A stretch of DNA of 64,000 nt from sequence record OP380604.1. One strand, 5' to 3'. The notes beneath the pieces were generated by a model. It ran no database searches. It had not been told where the DNA came from and worked only from the letters and a program-made list of their open reading frames with translations. This document shows, piece after piece, positions 50,994 to 60,283 of the stretch (positions are counted from its first letter, which is position 1; each line of letters begins with the position of its first letter). Made by a program: the position numbers and the translations under genes.

Positions 50994-52230
50994 TTATATG
51001 ATTGCAAACCCGCCATATAGTGCGGGTTTGCACGTTGACTTTGTTAACTTAGGTGTAAAGAAATGTGATGTTACTATCGCTGTGCATCCGTCTGGACCTT
51101 TTATTAACAGAAAGCCAACGCGACAAACAAAACGAGTTGCCGAACTACTCGACAACATGAAAACATATACAACAAGTGTTCATCTGTTTGACGGCAATGC
51201 GGTATTCAAAGCTGGGTTTCTGACTCCGCTTAGTATAACCGTTATTGACAAAACAATGAAAGCTGGTCTGATTAATGTGTCGGGCTACTATGATGCTAGA
51301 CTGCCTATCAATCGTCTGAATATGATTGGAGATTGGTGTGTTAAACTGTATGACAGATTTCCAATGCAGTCTATAGCGCACCATGCCTGCTCTGGTGAAG
51401 TTATTGGCGCGAGTCACTACGTCACTATAGCAAGTGTTAGAGGACATCCGCCAGAAGCTGGCAAACGCTTTAATTCAGACTTCTTTACCATGTTCCCAGT
51501 TGACTACGTTCCAACTACAGAAATGCCTAAACGTGGCACTAATTTCGCATTCAAGACGTTAGAAGAAGCAGAGAATTTTATTGCGTATCTGAAAACGGAT
51601 TTCGCAAGATTTATGCTTTCTCTGTATAAGATGAATGTTCACCTAGATAGTGGCGAGCTACATGCAATTCCATGGGTAGACATGACTAAGCGTTGGACAG
51701 ATGACGAGCTATTCGAAAAATTCGATATGCTTGATATCAGATCTAGGGTTCCAGAAGTAATCGAAGATTACTATGGCGGTAAGCGCCACAAAACGCAAGT
51801 CGTTGGTGATACCAGGATGTTTACCGATAAGATTGATAGAGATCGTCAGAAGAAAACTGCCGAGTTTTTCACTCCGATTGAACTCGTAAATCAGATGTTG
51901 GATCATACCGACATAGATGATCCGGATTCCAGTTCGACTTTCTTTGAGCCCTCATGCGGTGACGGTAACATACTAGAAGGCATCGTGAAACGTATGCTGG
52001 AAGCGGGCCAGAACGCTGGTACAATCGTTTCTCGTATATACGCTTGTGAGTATATGCTGGACAATAGAAACGCTGCCATAGAGCGATTGGCGAAGCTTTT
52101 GGGAGAGGAATACCGAACTCAAATTGAAAATCAAATCGCTTATTGCAACACATTAGACGAGACTGACACCAGCGACGGTAGAAAGTATCCAGATTGGCTT
52201 AAAGATACGAAGTGGACGCTTGACATATGA
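50983..52230 (+). CDS. Amino-DNA methyltransferase with catalytic-TRD-AdoMet (permuted) motif order
   Basis: FDYMIANPPY at N-terminus (51007); TAEFFTP and FFEPSCGDGN (51943) near C-terminus. Confidence 0.85.
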   Translation: MHFDYMIANPPYSAGLHVDFVNLGVKKCDVTIAVHPSGPFINRKPTRQTKRVAELLDNMKTYTTSVHLFDGNAVFKAGFLTPLSITVIDKTMKAGLINVSGYYDARLPINRLNMIGDWCVKLYDRFPMQSIAHHACSGEVIGASHYVTIASVRGHPPEAGKRFNSDFFTMFPVDYVPTTEMPKRGTNFAFKTLEEAENFIAYLKTDFARFMLSLYKMNVHLDSGELHAIPWVDMTKRWTDDELFEKFDMLDIRSRVPEVIEDYYGGKRHKTQVVGDTRMFTDKIDRDRQKKTAEFFTPIELVNQMLDHTDIDDPDSSSTFFEPSCGDGNILEGIVKRMLEAGQNAGTIVSRIYACEYMLDNRNAAIERLAKLLGEEYRTQIENQIAYCNTLDETDTSDGRKYPDWLKDTKWTLDI

Positions 52231-52718
52231 AAAAATGCCGTGTATTGTTTCTCGATGTTGACGGCGTATTCCATAGCGATAGTAGTTACTTGAAATACGG
52301 ACAAATGGTAGACATAGGAGCTGTAAAGCTTTTATCCAAACTAATCGTTGACTACAATTTGAAAGTGGTATACAGTAGCACTTGGAGACTTGGCTGCGAT
52401 TTGCAGATGGTGAAGGATCAACTTGCTATGGCAGGATTCCCTCCCGATTGCTTGCATGAGGATTTCAAAACAAGAGATCTTGTTGGTGAGAATCGCGGCG
52501 AGTTGATTCAAGAGTGGCTGAACAAACACCAAGAATGTGAAAATTATGTGATTGTTGACGATGACGACGATATGTTGGAGTCACAAAAGCAAAATTTCAT
52601 TCACGTTGATAGTGTGAACGGATTCACAGCTAAGGACTATTATCGTGCTCGTTCTGTGTTTGACGGCTATACAACAACACAATGCAGAGAGCATAAAAAT
52701 TGTGGAAAAATCAGTTGA
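52227..52718 (+). CDS. HAD-superfamily phosphatase (Swiss-army-knife RNA-repair-like)
   Basis: LFLDVDGV, VYSSTWR, RGELIQEWL, YVIVDDDDDML. Confidence 0.85.
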   Translation: MKKCRVLFLDVDGVFHSDSSYLKYGQMVDIGAVKLLSKLIVDYNLKVVYSSTWRLGCDLQMVKDQLAMAGFPPDCLHEDFKTRDLVGENRGELIQEWLNKHQECENYVIVDDDDDMLESQKQNFIHVDSVNGFTAKDYYRARSVFDGYTTTQCREHKNCGKIS

Positions 52719-52896
52719 CAACAGTTTGAGTCCAGATATACTGGAACAACTTAAAGCGTATCTGAAACAAAAGCTGGAAATCTCTATGAGTGCATTTAAT
52801 GGCAAACTCCAAGTAGAAGTCCAGCTTGATGGCGAAGTAATCGCAAAAGATTCAGAATACATCTGTGATATCGTAGGTGAAAAGGACAACTGGTAA
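52702..52896 (+). CDS. Small protein, paralog of 52877-53086 (start uncertain)
   Basis: YLKQKLEISM..VQLDGEVIAKDSEYI vs YLKSNLDISM..IKLNGNEIASATEYL. Confidence 0.55.
   Translation: MEKSVDNSLSPDILEQLKAYLKQKLEISMSAFNGKLQVEVQLDGEVIAKDSEYICDIVGEKDNW
52715..52742 (+). promoter_or_regulatory. Early promoter with short inverted repeat across -10
   Basis: TTGACA-N16-TATACT; TCCAG/CTGGA. Confidence 0.65.
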
Positions 52897-53086
52897 AATG
52901 AGCAAAATGATTACTATCAGCGAAGAAGAGTTGGAACAGAAGATCGAAGACAAGGTAGAAGAATACCTGAAATCAAATCTCGATATTTCAATGAATCGCC
53001 GTCACGGTTATTATAACGATGTGACATTGGAAATCAGTATCAAACTGAACGGCAACGAAATCGCAAGTGCAACTGAATATCTGTGA
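52877..53086 (+). CDS. Small protein, paralog of upstream ORF
   Basis: 69 aa. Confidence 0.7.
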   Translation: MKRTTGKMSKMITISEEELEQKIEDKVEEYLKSNLDISMNRRHGYYNDVTLEISIKLNGNEIASATEYL

Positions 53087-53093
53087 GGTTAAT

Positions 53094-53429
53094 ATGACTG
53101 TACAAATGAAAAAAGAAAAAGCATACGAAATCACCGTATCTACCGACGAACGCCGCTCGGCTGTGTTCTGCTACTCCACTAGTGAGTCTTTGGGTTTAGA
53201 ACTATCTAAAGGAAAGGGTTGGTACGGTGGTAACGGCGCTTGCTACTCTGGTGCAAAAGATGTTCTGACATTCGATATCGACGGTGAAGAATTCAGCTTC
53301 CTCGTTAAAGATCGGATCACAGTCATTCGCAAGCGCGAAGACTACGAAACCAAAATCAACAACGAGAAGAAAGCTGCCGCACTCGCTAAACTGAGCGACG
53401 AAGAAAAGAAAATTCTTGGTCTGATTTGA
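53094..53429 (+). CDS. Hypothetical protein
   Basis: GAGG RBS; ends AALAKLSDEEKKILGLI. Confidence 0.75.
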   Translation: MTVQMKKEKAYEITVSTDERRSAVFCYSTSESLGLELSKGKGWYGGNGACYSGAKDVLTFDIDGEEFSFLVKDRITVIRKREDYETKINNEKKAAALAKLSDEEKKILGLI

Positions 53430-53457
53430 TTGACAACTGGTCCCGTTCATGTAGAAT
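53430..53457 (+). promoter_or_regulatory. Early promoter with 10-bp inverted repeat across -10
   Basis: TTGACA-N16-TAGAAT; GGTCCCGTTC/GAATGGGACC. Confidence 0.8.
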
Positions 53458-53486
53458 GGGACCTATCTTATTAAGAGGAATACATT

Positions 53487-53768
53487 ATGTTTTATGCAAT
53501 GCGTCACAAAGAAAAGCATCATCTTTGGATGGGTATCTCTATTTCATCAAACGATGGCGAGTTCTGCAACTCCATTACCGCTGAGTTTGAGTTCGTTAGT
53601 TCAGTTCCGTTTATCTCTACAGATCGCGGTATCTTCGAAGATGTGATTGCTGGCGTAATTCGTACCGAGTGGTATAACTCCAGTCCCGATAATCCGGAGT
53701 TGACGAAATACGATGTCAAACAAAAAATCATGAATCAGTATGAACTGGTAGAACTGGGAGTTCTGTAA
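53487..53768 (+). CDS. Hypothetical protein
   Basis: 93 aa, GAGG RBS. Confidence 0.75.
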   Translation: MFYAMRHKEKHHLWMGISISSNDGEFCNSITAEFEFVSSVPFISTDRGIFEDVIAGVIRTEWYNSSPDNPELTKYDVKQKIMNQYELVELGVL

Positions 53769-54083
53769 TGTCAACTTTAATCGCTACTGTTTCCCTGATT
53801 GCAATCTTTTATTGTATCATGCATGAAGACAGGACAATCCGTTTTCTGGTTGCTATGTTTGTTATGGTAATCATCATCACAATGGGAATGGGAATCAACG
53901 ATCTGAGTTTAACACAATGCAAATAATCATTAGCGATCAAGCGGTGGAAGTCATTGTTGTATCATTGCTTGCTGTTTGTTTTATATTCGGCAATGGATTT
54001 ACTCGTGGTTTTTCTGTTGCTATCGTTCTAATGGTTTATTTGAGTCAAATCGGAGTGTTATAACGTAACAAATCGATTCTCTT

Positions 54084-54090
54084 CTAAATA
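54084..54090 (+). promoter_or_regulatory. Putative late promoter (CTAAATA)
   Basis: Upstream of 54110 and 54351 genes. Confidence 0.55.
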
Positions 54091-54109
54091 CAGTTTTAGG
54101 AGAACAAAA

Positions 54110-54367
54110 ATGAATCAAGATGAAGAATTGAAAAAAGTGTTGGCTGGGTTCGATATCAAGTTTTTCCAAAAGCTGTGTTGTACTCTGTGGCAACTATTGC
54201 TAGGAACTCTGTTATTCGCTGCTGGTCAAGCTTGGATTACCGATACTTTTATTGAAAGTGACGGTCCGTTTGCGATGTATTTTGGCGCTGTTATTGTTGT
54301 TTTTATTGTAGTGGATATCATGCTACGTAAACGAATCAAGAGGGATAAAGATGAAATCACTGGCTGA
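54110..54367 (+). CDS. Small membrane protein
   Basis: Two TM segments, AGGAG RBS. Confidence 0.7.
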   Translation: MNQDEELKKVLAGFDIKFFQKLCCTLWQLLLGTLLFAAGQAWITDTFIESDGPFAMYFGAVIVVFIVVDIMLRKRIKRDKDEITG

Positions 54368-54911
54368 TTTTCTAGCCGAGTCTCATATGCCCGGCGATGA
54401 ACAACTAGAAAAGGATCAAAAGAAGCCTGTTTATAGCAAAAATCAAGTTGTTGAATTGACTAAAGAACAGGAGTTCGAACTCTCAAAGAGATCTAAATTG
54501 GCTACCAAGATGAAAGTTGGGGTCTATGATTTCATGAGTTCGATTCATGCGCAGGCACGTGCAGCACAACGCCGAAATGATGTTACGCCAGAAGACTGGA
54601 AAGCATTTTATCGGAAGATTGCTCATTATGTCGAAGATGAAAAGATTAGAAACGGACAATTCATGTTTCATTCTAAGAGCATGGATATCAGCGTCGCTGG
54701 GCGTGTTCGTAATCGTCAGATAGAGATCGCTACTGTTTATCCTAAGGGAACAGGTGGATTTCAGTCTAAGAAGCGCACGGAAATGGGACAGAAACAAGCT
54801 ATTTTCGAAAGCGTGGATGATTTTTATGAAAGAGTTGAATCCGCTGATTGGATCGAAGAAGCTGAAAACGTGTTGGGAGAAAGCTTGACTGATGTTGTAT
54901 TCGTAAAATAA
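54351..54911 (+). CDS. Putative internal head protein
   Basis: N-terminus MKSLADFLAES resembles T4 capsid-targeting propeptide. Confidence 0.6.
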   Translation: MKSLADFLAESHMPGDEQLEKDQKKPVYSKNQVVELTKEQEFELSKRSKLATKMKVGVYDFMSSIHAQARAAQRRNDVTPEDWKAFYRKIAHYVEDEKIRNGQFMFHSKSMDISVAGRVRNRQIEIATVYPKGTGGFQSKKRTEMGQKQAIFESVDDFYERVESADWIEEAENVLGESLTDVVFVK

Positions 54912-54934
54912 AAGGCACCTTCGGGTGCTTTTTT
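54908..54934 (+). terminator. Intrinsic terminator
   Basis: AAAAGGCACC-TTCG-GGTGCTTTTTT. Confidence 0.85.
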
Positions 54935-54945
54935 CGTTTTAGTGC

Positions 54946-54973
54946 TTGCAAACTGGAATCAGCCTGTTATTAT
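54946..54973 (+). promoter_or_regulatory. Early promoter
   Basis: TTGCAA-N16-TATTAT. Confidence 0.7.
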
Positions 54974-54999
54974 ATCCATATTGAAACGAGGAGATAATC

Positions 55000-55188
55000 A
55001 TGAACAATCAAGAAATCATTGCGCTGTGTCTGACATTGGTAAACGCAGTATACGGACTCGGTGTAGTTTGTTTCTTGGAAATCTGGGACGAAGGGCAGAC
55101 AATGAAGCGATTTATTGTTGGTTTGAGTGCCATGATTCCGTTCATTGCATTGTCTTATTTTCTGTTGAACTACTGTGAGATTATCTAA
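55000..55188 (+). CDS. Small membrane protein
   Basis: 62 aa, GAGGAG RBS. Confidence 0.7.
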   Translation: MNNQEIIALCLTLVNAVYGLGVVCFLEIWDEGQTMKRFIVGLSAMIPFIALSYFLLNYCEII

Positions 55189-55427
55189 TGAGCTATTGGC
55201 AAGAAACTAAAGATCACGTAAACAAGATCATGCTGGCGACTTTCTTCAAACATCGTCCTTTGGTAGATCCTGTGTCTGCTATCTACAACAACAATCTGCC
55301 GGGTGCTATGGACAAAGTAATGCGCCATGTTATGGTCTATGGCTACGACGAAAGTATTAGTGAACATGTGGAAGCTGTTCGAGAAGCCTGTAAGGTACTT
55401 GACACTAAGGGGTTTCTCGGTGAGTAA
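55188..55427 (+). CDS. Hypothetical protein
   Basis: 79 aa, TAATG coupling. Confidence 0.7.
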   Translation: MSYWQETKDHVNKIMLATFFKHRPLVDPVSAIYNNNLPGAMDKVMRHVMVYGYDESISEHVEAVREACKVLDTKGFLGE

Positions 55428-55653
55428 ACTTGACGAGTGTGTAAAGAAACTGGAAGTTGGTACTCCGTTCTGCGAAGTATACGGATTTCATGTTGCTCGT
55501 TTTGTTTGCAAGACTAAGCCGGTGCGGAGTGAAGACGGCGCTTGGACTTGGACTGGTACTTATGTCCATGACGAAGTACGAGAAGGACAAGAATGTGAAT
55601 TCTTGATCCGTGAGGGATACGAACACTACGGTCCAAAAGTTTATTTGGATTAA
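55420..55653 (+). CDS. Hypothetical protein
   Basis: GTG start inferred from overlap. Confidence 0.6.
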   Translation: MSKLDECVKKLEVGTPFCEVYGFHVARFVCKTKPVRSEDGAWTWTGTYVHDEVREGQECEFLIREGYEHYGPKVYLD

Positions 55654-55666
55654 TTGAAGAAAGTGC

Positions 55667-55694
55667 TTGCACTGGTGGCTATATCTGTTATTAT
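55667..55694 (+). promoter_or_regulatory. Early promoter with perfect 9-bp inverted repeat around -10
   Basis: TTGCAC-N16-TATTAT; GTGGCTATA/TATAGCCAC. Confidence 0.8.
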
Positions 55695-55728
55695 AGCCAC
55701 ATCGAAACAAAACATTGAGGAAAACATC

Positions 55729-55905
55729 ATGCAAAACAAAGTCGCTATCCAAGTTCTGGAAGAACAAATCAAATATCTGCAAAATATGATCGAATCCTCT
55801 TATGAAGGCGAGTGGACTCCTGCCGGTGCAGATCAACGCGCTATCTGGGAAAAAGAAATCGAAAGTATTTTGCATTCTATCTATGTTCTGGAGACTAACG
55901 TATGA
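55729..55905 (+). CDS. Hypothetical protein
   Basis: TGAGG RBS, ATG 55729. Confidence 0.7.
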   Translation: MQNKVAIQVLEEQIKYLQNMIESSYEGEWTPAGADQRAIWEKEIESILHSIYVLETNV

Positions 55906-56207
55906 CTAACAAACAGTTGATGGTCAAAGCTATTAAGAAATTGATGACCAAAGAAGGGATCGAATATCTTCACGTTGAGATTGAAACGATTACCGTGACA
56001 TTTGGCAACAAGATTAAGCTTTCGGTACGTGTCCGAGATCATGAGCAATCCGAACGGTTGGCTAAACTGTTCCGAGATCAAACCAACTTTAGTTGTAGTT
56101 CTACGTCCAGCTTTAAGAAACATGCATGTACAAAGGTAACAACTATTTTCTATGATGAAAAAGAATTGAAAATAGCTACTGACTTTTGGGAGGATTTGTG
56201 CTGTTAA
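55902..56207 (+). CDS. Hypothetical protein
   Basis: 101 aa. Confidence 0.7.
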   Translation: MTNKQLMVKAIKKLMTKEGIEYLHVEIETITVTFGNKIKLSVRVRDHEQSERLAKLFRDQTNFSCSSTSSFKKHACTKVTTIFYDEKELKIATDFWEDLCC

Positions 56208-56461
56208 CTGATATCATGTTCAAAATGTCGCAACGCCGCAAAGAAGAGTTGGCAAAGCGATTGAAAGAACTTGGCTTTACTTTCGAGAAATACCGGGATT
56301 GTGTTGTGCTTGAGTTCGCTGGTGTGTCATACTGGGTTACACCACATCCGGTTAAGTTTGTGGTAACTAGCAATGAAGATCAACGTTCGTTTGAGTTCTA
56401 TCACGTTCGAAATGTTGTTAGTTTTCTTAACACCCTAAAAGAAATGAACAATGATCTATGA
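56198..56461 (+). CDS. Hypothetical protein (start uncertain)
   Basis: GGAGG RBS before GTG 56198. Confidence 0.6.
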   Translation: MLLTDIMFKMSQRRKEELAKRLKELGFTFEKYRDCVVLEFAGVSYWVTPHPVKFVVTSNEDQRSFEFYHVRNVVSFLNTLKEMNNDL

Positions 56462-56591
56462 AAGTTGTGATTAGACTCTTGATTGCATTTATTGCCGCTT
56501 ATGGTGTATTCTTTGCAAGCCCGGAGCAAATGCGGGCGCTGTTTGCTCTGATTATTTGTGTTAATGCTGTTAACTGTTGGATGAATTGATT

Positions 56592-57521
56592 ATGATTGAA
56601 CTCTGGAAAATTAACGAAAACGGCTGTATCGAAGCTTTGCAAGCTTTTCATTTTTACAATCCAGCTGGAAGAGATATTTTTATCAATCAAGGTGATATCG
56701 GCGCCAAAATCGAAAACATCGTGGAAATGCCAAAGACAACTGAGAAATTCTGGGTTGGAAAGGGCACAGTTTTCAGTAATCATTTTTTGTCTGGAAAACT
56801 CAGAGAATGTTATATTGGTGAAAACTGCCATATAGGTGCTCGTTCTCGCATTGATGACGGTGTTATCATTATGGATAACGTTTATATTGATGATAACGTT
56901 ACGATTAAGCGCGATGTTGTAATCGGAGAAAACGTCAGAATCGGATATAATACCTCAATCTATGAGCGTTGTCGAATTCGAAATAATGTTCGGATTTCTC
57001 CGTCCTGTACTATTGGATCCGGAGCGGAAATTCGTCAATATGCTAAACTGTTTGACGGTGTTAAAGTTCGAAACTCCATGATTGGTGAACACTGCGAAAT
57101 CAAACGAAGTGTTCATATTTTCGAATCCCATATCGGCAATCTTAGCGTAATCGAACAATATGCGGTGTTGGCCGCTGTTCATTGTTGCGAAGGTACAAAG
57201 ATTGGAGAGTGTGTTAAACTGTTCAAGATCAATCTGCCGTCATATGCGAATTTGAACGTTGGCGATCATTTTATGCTTTCCGGGTGTGGTAAGCGCAGTC
57301 GCAATGTTCTGTTTTTCACTCACAACAACAAAGTTATGGTAAGTGCTGGCTGTCAAGTTGGTATTACCGTAGATCACTTCAAAAAGCGGATTGCTGGTGC
57401 GCACGGCACTACCGACGAAAGCGCGAAGATCTACAAGCAGATGATGCCTGTTATTAACGCGATTGTCAAGGATTTGTGGTGTAAGATTATTAAGAAAAAA
57501 ATTCGAAATTTCTTTTCTTAA
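56592..57521 (+). CDS. Left-handed beta-helix (hexapeptide repeat) protein
   Basis: Runs of [IV]G[ED]N.. hexapeptides (IGENCH IGARSR IDDGVI). Confidence 0.82.
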   Translation: MIELWKINENGCIEALQAFHFYNPAGRDIFINQGDIGAKIENIVEMPKTTEKFWVGKGTVFSNHFLSGKLRECYIGENCHIGARSRIDDGVIIMDNVYIDDNVTIKRDVVIGENVRIGYNTSIYERCRIRNNVRISPSCTIGSGAEIRQYAKLFDGVKVRNSMIGEHCEIKRSVHIFESHIGNLSVIEQYAVLAAVHCCEGTKIGECVKLFKINLPSYANLNVGDHFMLSGCGKRSRNVLFFTHNNKVMVSAGCQVGITVDHFKKRIAGAHGTTDESAKIYKQMMPVINAIVKDLWCKIIKKKIRNFFS

Positions 57522-57524
57522 TGC

Positions 57525-57552
57525 TTGATGATGTGGCTCGTTACTGTATAAT
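57525..57552 (+). promoter_or_regulatory. Early promoter with ~15-bp inverted repeat across -10
   Basis: TTGATG-N16-TATAAT; TGATGTGGCTCGTTA/TAATGAGCCACATCA. Confidence 0.8.
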
Positions 57553-57584
57553 GAGCCACATCAAGACAACAAAGAGAAAGTATC

Positions 57585-57839
57585 ATGACCAAAGAAATCG
57601 ATCAAGTTATCATCTACTCTTATGAAGCTGTTGTGGATCAAGATGAAAACGATGAGGATGTTTTGGAAGAACACTATGGTGTAAAAGCAACTGGTATTGC
57701 CGAAGAAGTTTTTGGTCAAGAGATTTTCGAAGATTTCGAAGATAGTATTGTAGATGCACACGAAACCGCACAACAAATCGCCGATGCATGTGATATCGAA
57801 ATCACTTGGGAATGTTACAAACCGGGTTGGGCTAAATGA
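57585..57839 (+). CDS. Hypothetical acidic protein
   Basis: 84 aa. Confidence 0.7.
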   Translation: MTKEIDQVIIYSYEAVVDQDENDEDVLEEHYGVKATGIAEEVFGQEIFEDFEDSIVDAHETAQQIADACDIEITWECYKPGWAK

Positions 57840-58114
57840 TATTCGAGATCATTAAAGAAAGAAAATGCGAAAAACTGGTTGCTTTCTTTAAATCGTTGGG
57901 ATACAATGGTTACAGATCGATAGCGTTTCCTAGCAACTCTGTTTATATCAGAATGCCAGTATCGAAAATGATAGTTGTTTATACCAAAGTTTTCGGTTAC
58001 ACTGTTCATTATTACAATGACGTTACTGATAACATGGAGCCAACTATCTTCGAAGACGCGGATCTGGAATTCATCGAAAGCATTATCAAATCAATCGAAA
58101 ACTATGAGGATTAA
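57836..58114 (+). CDS. Hypothetical protein
   Basis: 92 aa. Confidence 0.7.
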   Translation: MIFEIIKERKCEKLVAFFKSLGYNGYRSIAFPSNSVYIRMPVSKMIVVYTKVFGYTVHYYNDVTDNMEPTIFEDADLEFIESIIKSIENYED

Positions 58115-58117
58115 ATC

Positions 58118-58531
58118 ATGAAAAAAGTAAGCGTTAAGAATCTGAAAGCCGGTAAGACTGTTTATTATGTAAGCGCACTTGGCGAAAACTCTTTTGTTAC
58201 CAAGTATCTGATTACCGGTCGTCCTGTTCATCATACATATGTTGATGGCTCAAAATCCGATTCTCTGTTTGTTCCGTGTCGTATGGTATACAGCAACGGT
58301 GAAATTCAAGCCATCAATGATGCACTGCGATCCTTGAACAGTTTCAGTCTGCTGGATTGCAATGTAGAGCGCCAGAACGGGTATAACAAACATCGTGCAT
58401 TCTACAACAAGCGTACCGCGGATCGTTACTGTGAACTGTGCAAGCAAACCGGTATCAAGTTTGAATCTAATATGTCGTGGGACTGGGAAATGGATTACCC
58501 GCTCGAAATGGACGATTATTACGAAGATTGA
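58118..58531 (+). CDS. Hypothetical protein
   Basis: 137 aa, GAGG RBS. Confidence 0.75.
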   Translation: MKKVSVKNLKAGKTVYYVSALGENSFVTKYLITGRPVHHTYVDGSKSDSLFVPCRMVYSNGEIQAINDALRSLNSFSLLDCNVERQNGYNKHRAFYNKRTADRYCELCKQTGIKFESNMSWDWEMDYPLEMDDYYED

Positions 58532-58543
58532 TTTAAAAAGTTG

Positions 58544-58572
58544 TTGACTAACGCCAAGAGACATGCGATAAT
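58544..58572 (+). promoter_or_regulatory. Early promoter with 8-bp inverted repeat across -10
   Basis: TTGACT-N17-GATAAT; AGAGACAT/ATGTCTCT. Confidence 0.75.
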
Positions 58573-58604
58573 GTCTCTATCAAATAACGAATGAGGAATA
58601 CATC

Positions 58605-58949
58605 ATGCACTTTGTTACCGTAAACGCTGTTATTAATGCTCGTGGTATCTATAACGCAACTCGCGCAAACATGGTGAGTAGCCCTAATGTGCAAAATCTG
58701 ATTGCTCTGTTTGACGGCAAAGAGATTGAAATCAAAGTGTATGGTGTTAACAATTTCTGTTTCTCAGTCACAGAAAAAATGATTCGTGACGCCTGGGAAA
58801 CTTATGAAGCCGATAACTTCCGTCTTAACGACAATGTTATCGATCAACTGGTGAATCACTTCTGTGGTTCTAATCTAAGCTGCTCTCTCCCAGCTTTTAA
58901 CATCGAAAACTATCTGGATGTTATGGGAGAATATAAAAGGAATGTTTAA
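58605..58949 (+). CDS. Hypothetical protein
   Basis: 114 aa, TGAGG RBS. Confidence 0.75.
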   Translation: MHFVTVNAVINARGIYNATRANMVSSPNVQNLIALFDGKEIEIKVYGVNNFCFSVTEKMIRDAWETYEADNFRLNDNVIDQLVNHFCGSNLSCSLPAFNIENYLDVMGEYKRNV

Positions 58950-59894
58950 ATGAATCAATTCAAAATGGGTATTACTGGTGTTGCTGCTCTGGTCGCAATC
59001 ATTATCGGCTCCAACTGCTTTACTATCGTTGACGCCGGTACTACTAAAGTCGGTACACTGCTGGGTGAAGTTCAAGATCGTCCGCTGGAAGAAGGTCTGC
59101 ACTTTGTAAACCCGTTTATGGGATTTGATACTTTCGATACACGGAACAACAAGTTTGTTAAAGAAAACTTGCTGATCCCGACTAAAGACCGTTTCAACAG
59201 TACCGCCAACGTTACCGTGTTGTATCGTGTAGACAACTCCAAGACCCCGTTCATCAAAAAGAACTACGGTACTATGGAAATGTTTGTTGATAAGGCAATG
59301 TCTCAGTTCCTGACTAGCATTATCAAAGACGAAGGCCGTAAAATTGCTGACTCTCGTGGTCTGGCTGATAGCTTCAACGTAACCGCGATGCAAGAGAATA
59401 CCAAGCGTCGTCTGCAAGAAGCACTGACTGGTACTGGTATCACTCTGCAAGAAGTTCTGGTACAAGATGTAACTTTCGATCCGCGAATTCAGAATCAAAT
59501 TCTGCAAACTCAAGATCGAATCCAGAAGGAAGAAGCTGAGAAATCCCAGTTGCGAATCGCTACCACTGCCGCACAGACTACCGAAGCAACTGCTAAGGGT
59601 CAAGCTGCCGCAGATAAAGCGAAGTATGAGGCAGATGCATATAAAACTTTCGTTCAAGCCAAAGCTTATGCTGATGGTGTAAAACAGAAAGCTGATGCAG
59701 ATCGTTATATGGCTGAACAAACCGCGATTGGTAACGCCAAATTGGCATCTTCTCTGACTCCTCAGATCATCGAGTTGAAGCGTCTGGAAGTTGAAATGAA
59801 GAAAGCTGGTACCGGTTGGAACGGTCAAGTACCTGCAAACTTCACTATGATGGGCAACGGTCAAGCTCCGCTGTTCCTGAAACAAATGCAGTAA
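58950..59894 (+). CDS. SPFH/band-7/prohibitin-family membrane protein
   Basis: N-terminal TM, FTIVDAGTTKV..LGEV..PLEEGLHFVNPF, GITLQEVLVQDVTF, Ala/Glu coiled coil. Confidence 0.92.
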   Translation: MNQFKMGITGVAALVAIIIGSNCFTIVDAGTTKVGTLLGEVQDRPLEEGLHFVNPFMGFDTFDTRNNKFVKENLLIPTKDRFNSTANVTVLYRVDNSKTPFIKKNYGTMEMFVDKAMSQFLTSIIKDEGRKIADSRGLADSFNVTAMQENTKRRLQEALTGTGITLQEVLVQDVTFDPRIQNQILQTQDRIQKEEAEKSQLRIATTAAQTTEATAKGQAAADKAKYEADAYKTFVQAKAYADGVKQKADADRYMAEQTAIGNAKLASSLTPQIIELKRLEVEMKKAGTGWNGQVPANFTMMGNGQAPLFLKQMQ

Positions 59895-59899
59895 TCAAT

Positions 59900-59925
59900 A
59901 GAGGGCGAAAGCCCTCTTTTCTTTT
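59900..59925 (+). terminator. Intrinsic terminator
   Basis: AGAGGGC-GAAA-GCCCTCTTTTCTTTT. Confidence 0.85.
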
Positions 59926-59935
59926 AAGGAGAAAT

Positions 59936-60244
59936 ATGTTGACTAAAATCAAAAGTTTAATTTCGTTTTGTTTCTTCTATGTTCTGATGAATGTTGCTTT
60001 GTTCGTGGATAGAAATATCGTTCGGTGTGGTATCTATCGTGATAAGTTCGAATCGTTTGTGGTGCAATCGATCACAAAAAGTCGGATCAAGCGTTATCGC
60101 GGGTTTGATAGTGCTGATGATGTTTATCAAGCTTATGCTGATGCACTACCGGATGCAAATCCAGCGGATCTAGCTGAACAAATCAAAACCAACATTGATA
60201 GCGCCCAACTCAGACATTTGCTGAAACTAGCAACAAAGAAATGA
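59936..60244 (+). CDS. Hypothetical protein
   Basis: AAGGAG RBS, ATG 59936. Confidence 0.7.
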   Translation: MLTKIKSLISFCFFYVLMNVALFVDRNIVRCGIYRDKFESFVVQSITKSRIKRYRGFDSADDVYQAYADALPDANPADLAEQIKTNIDSAQLRHLLKLATKK

Positions 60245-60245
60245 T

Positions 60246-60270
60246 GATCCGCCTTCGGGCGGATTTTTAT
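60246..60270 (+). terminator. Intrinsic terminator
   Basis: ATCCGCC-TTCG-GGCGGATTTTT. Confidence 0.85.
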
Positions 60271-60283
60271 TTCCAAAAAGTTG

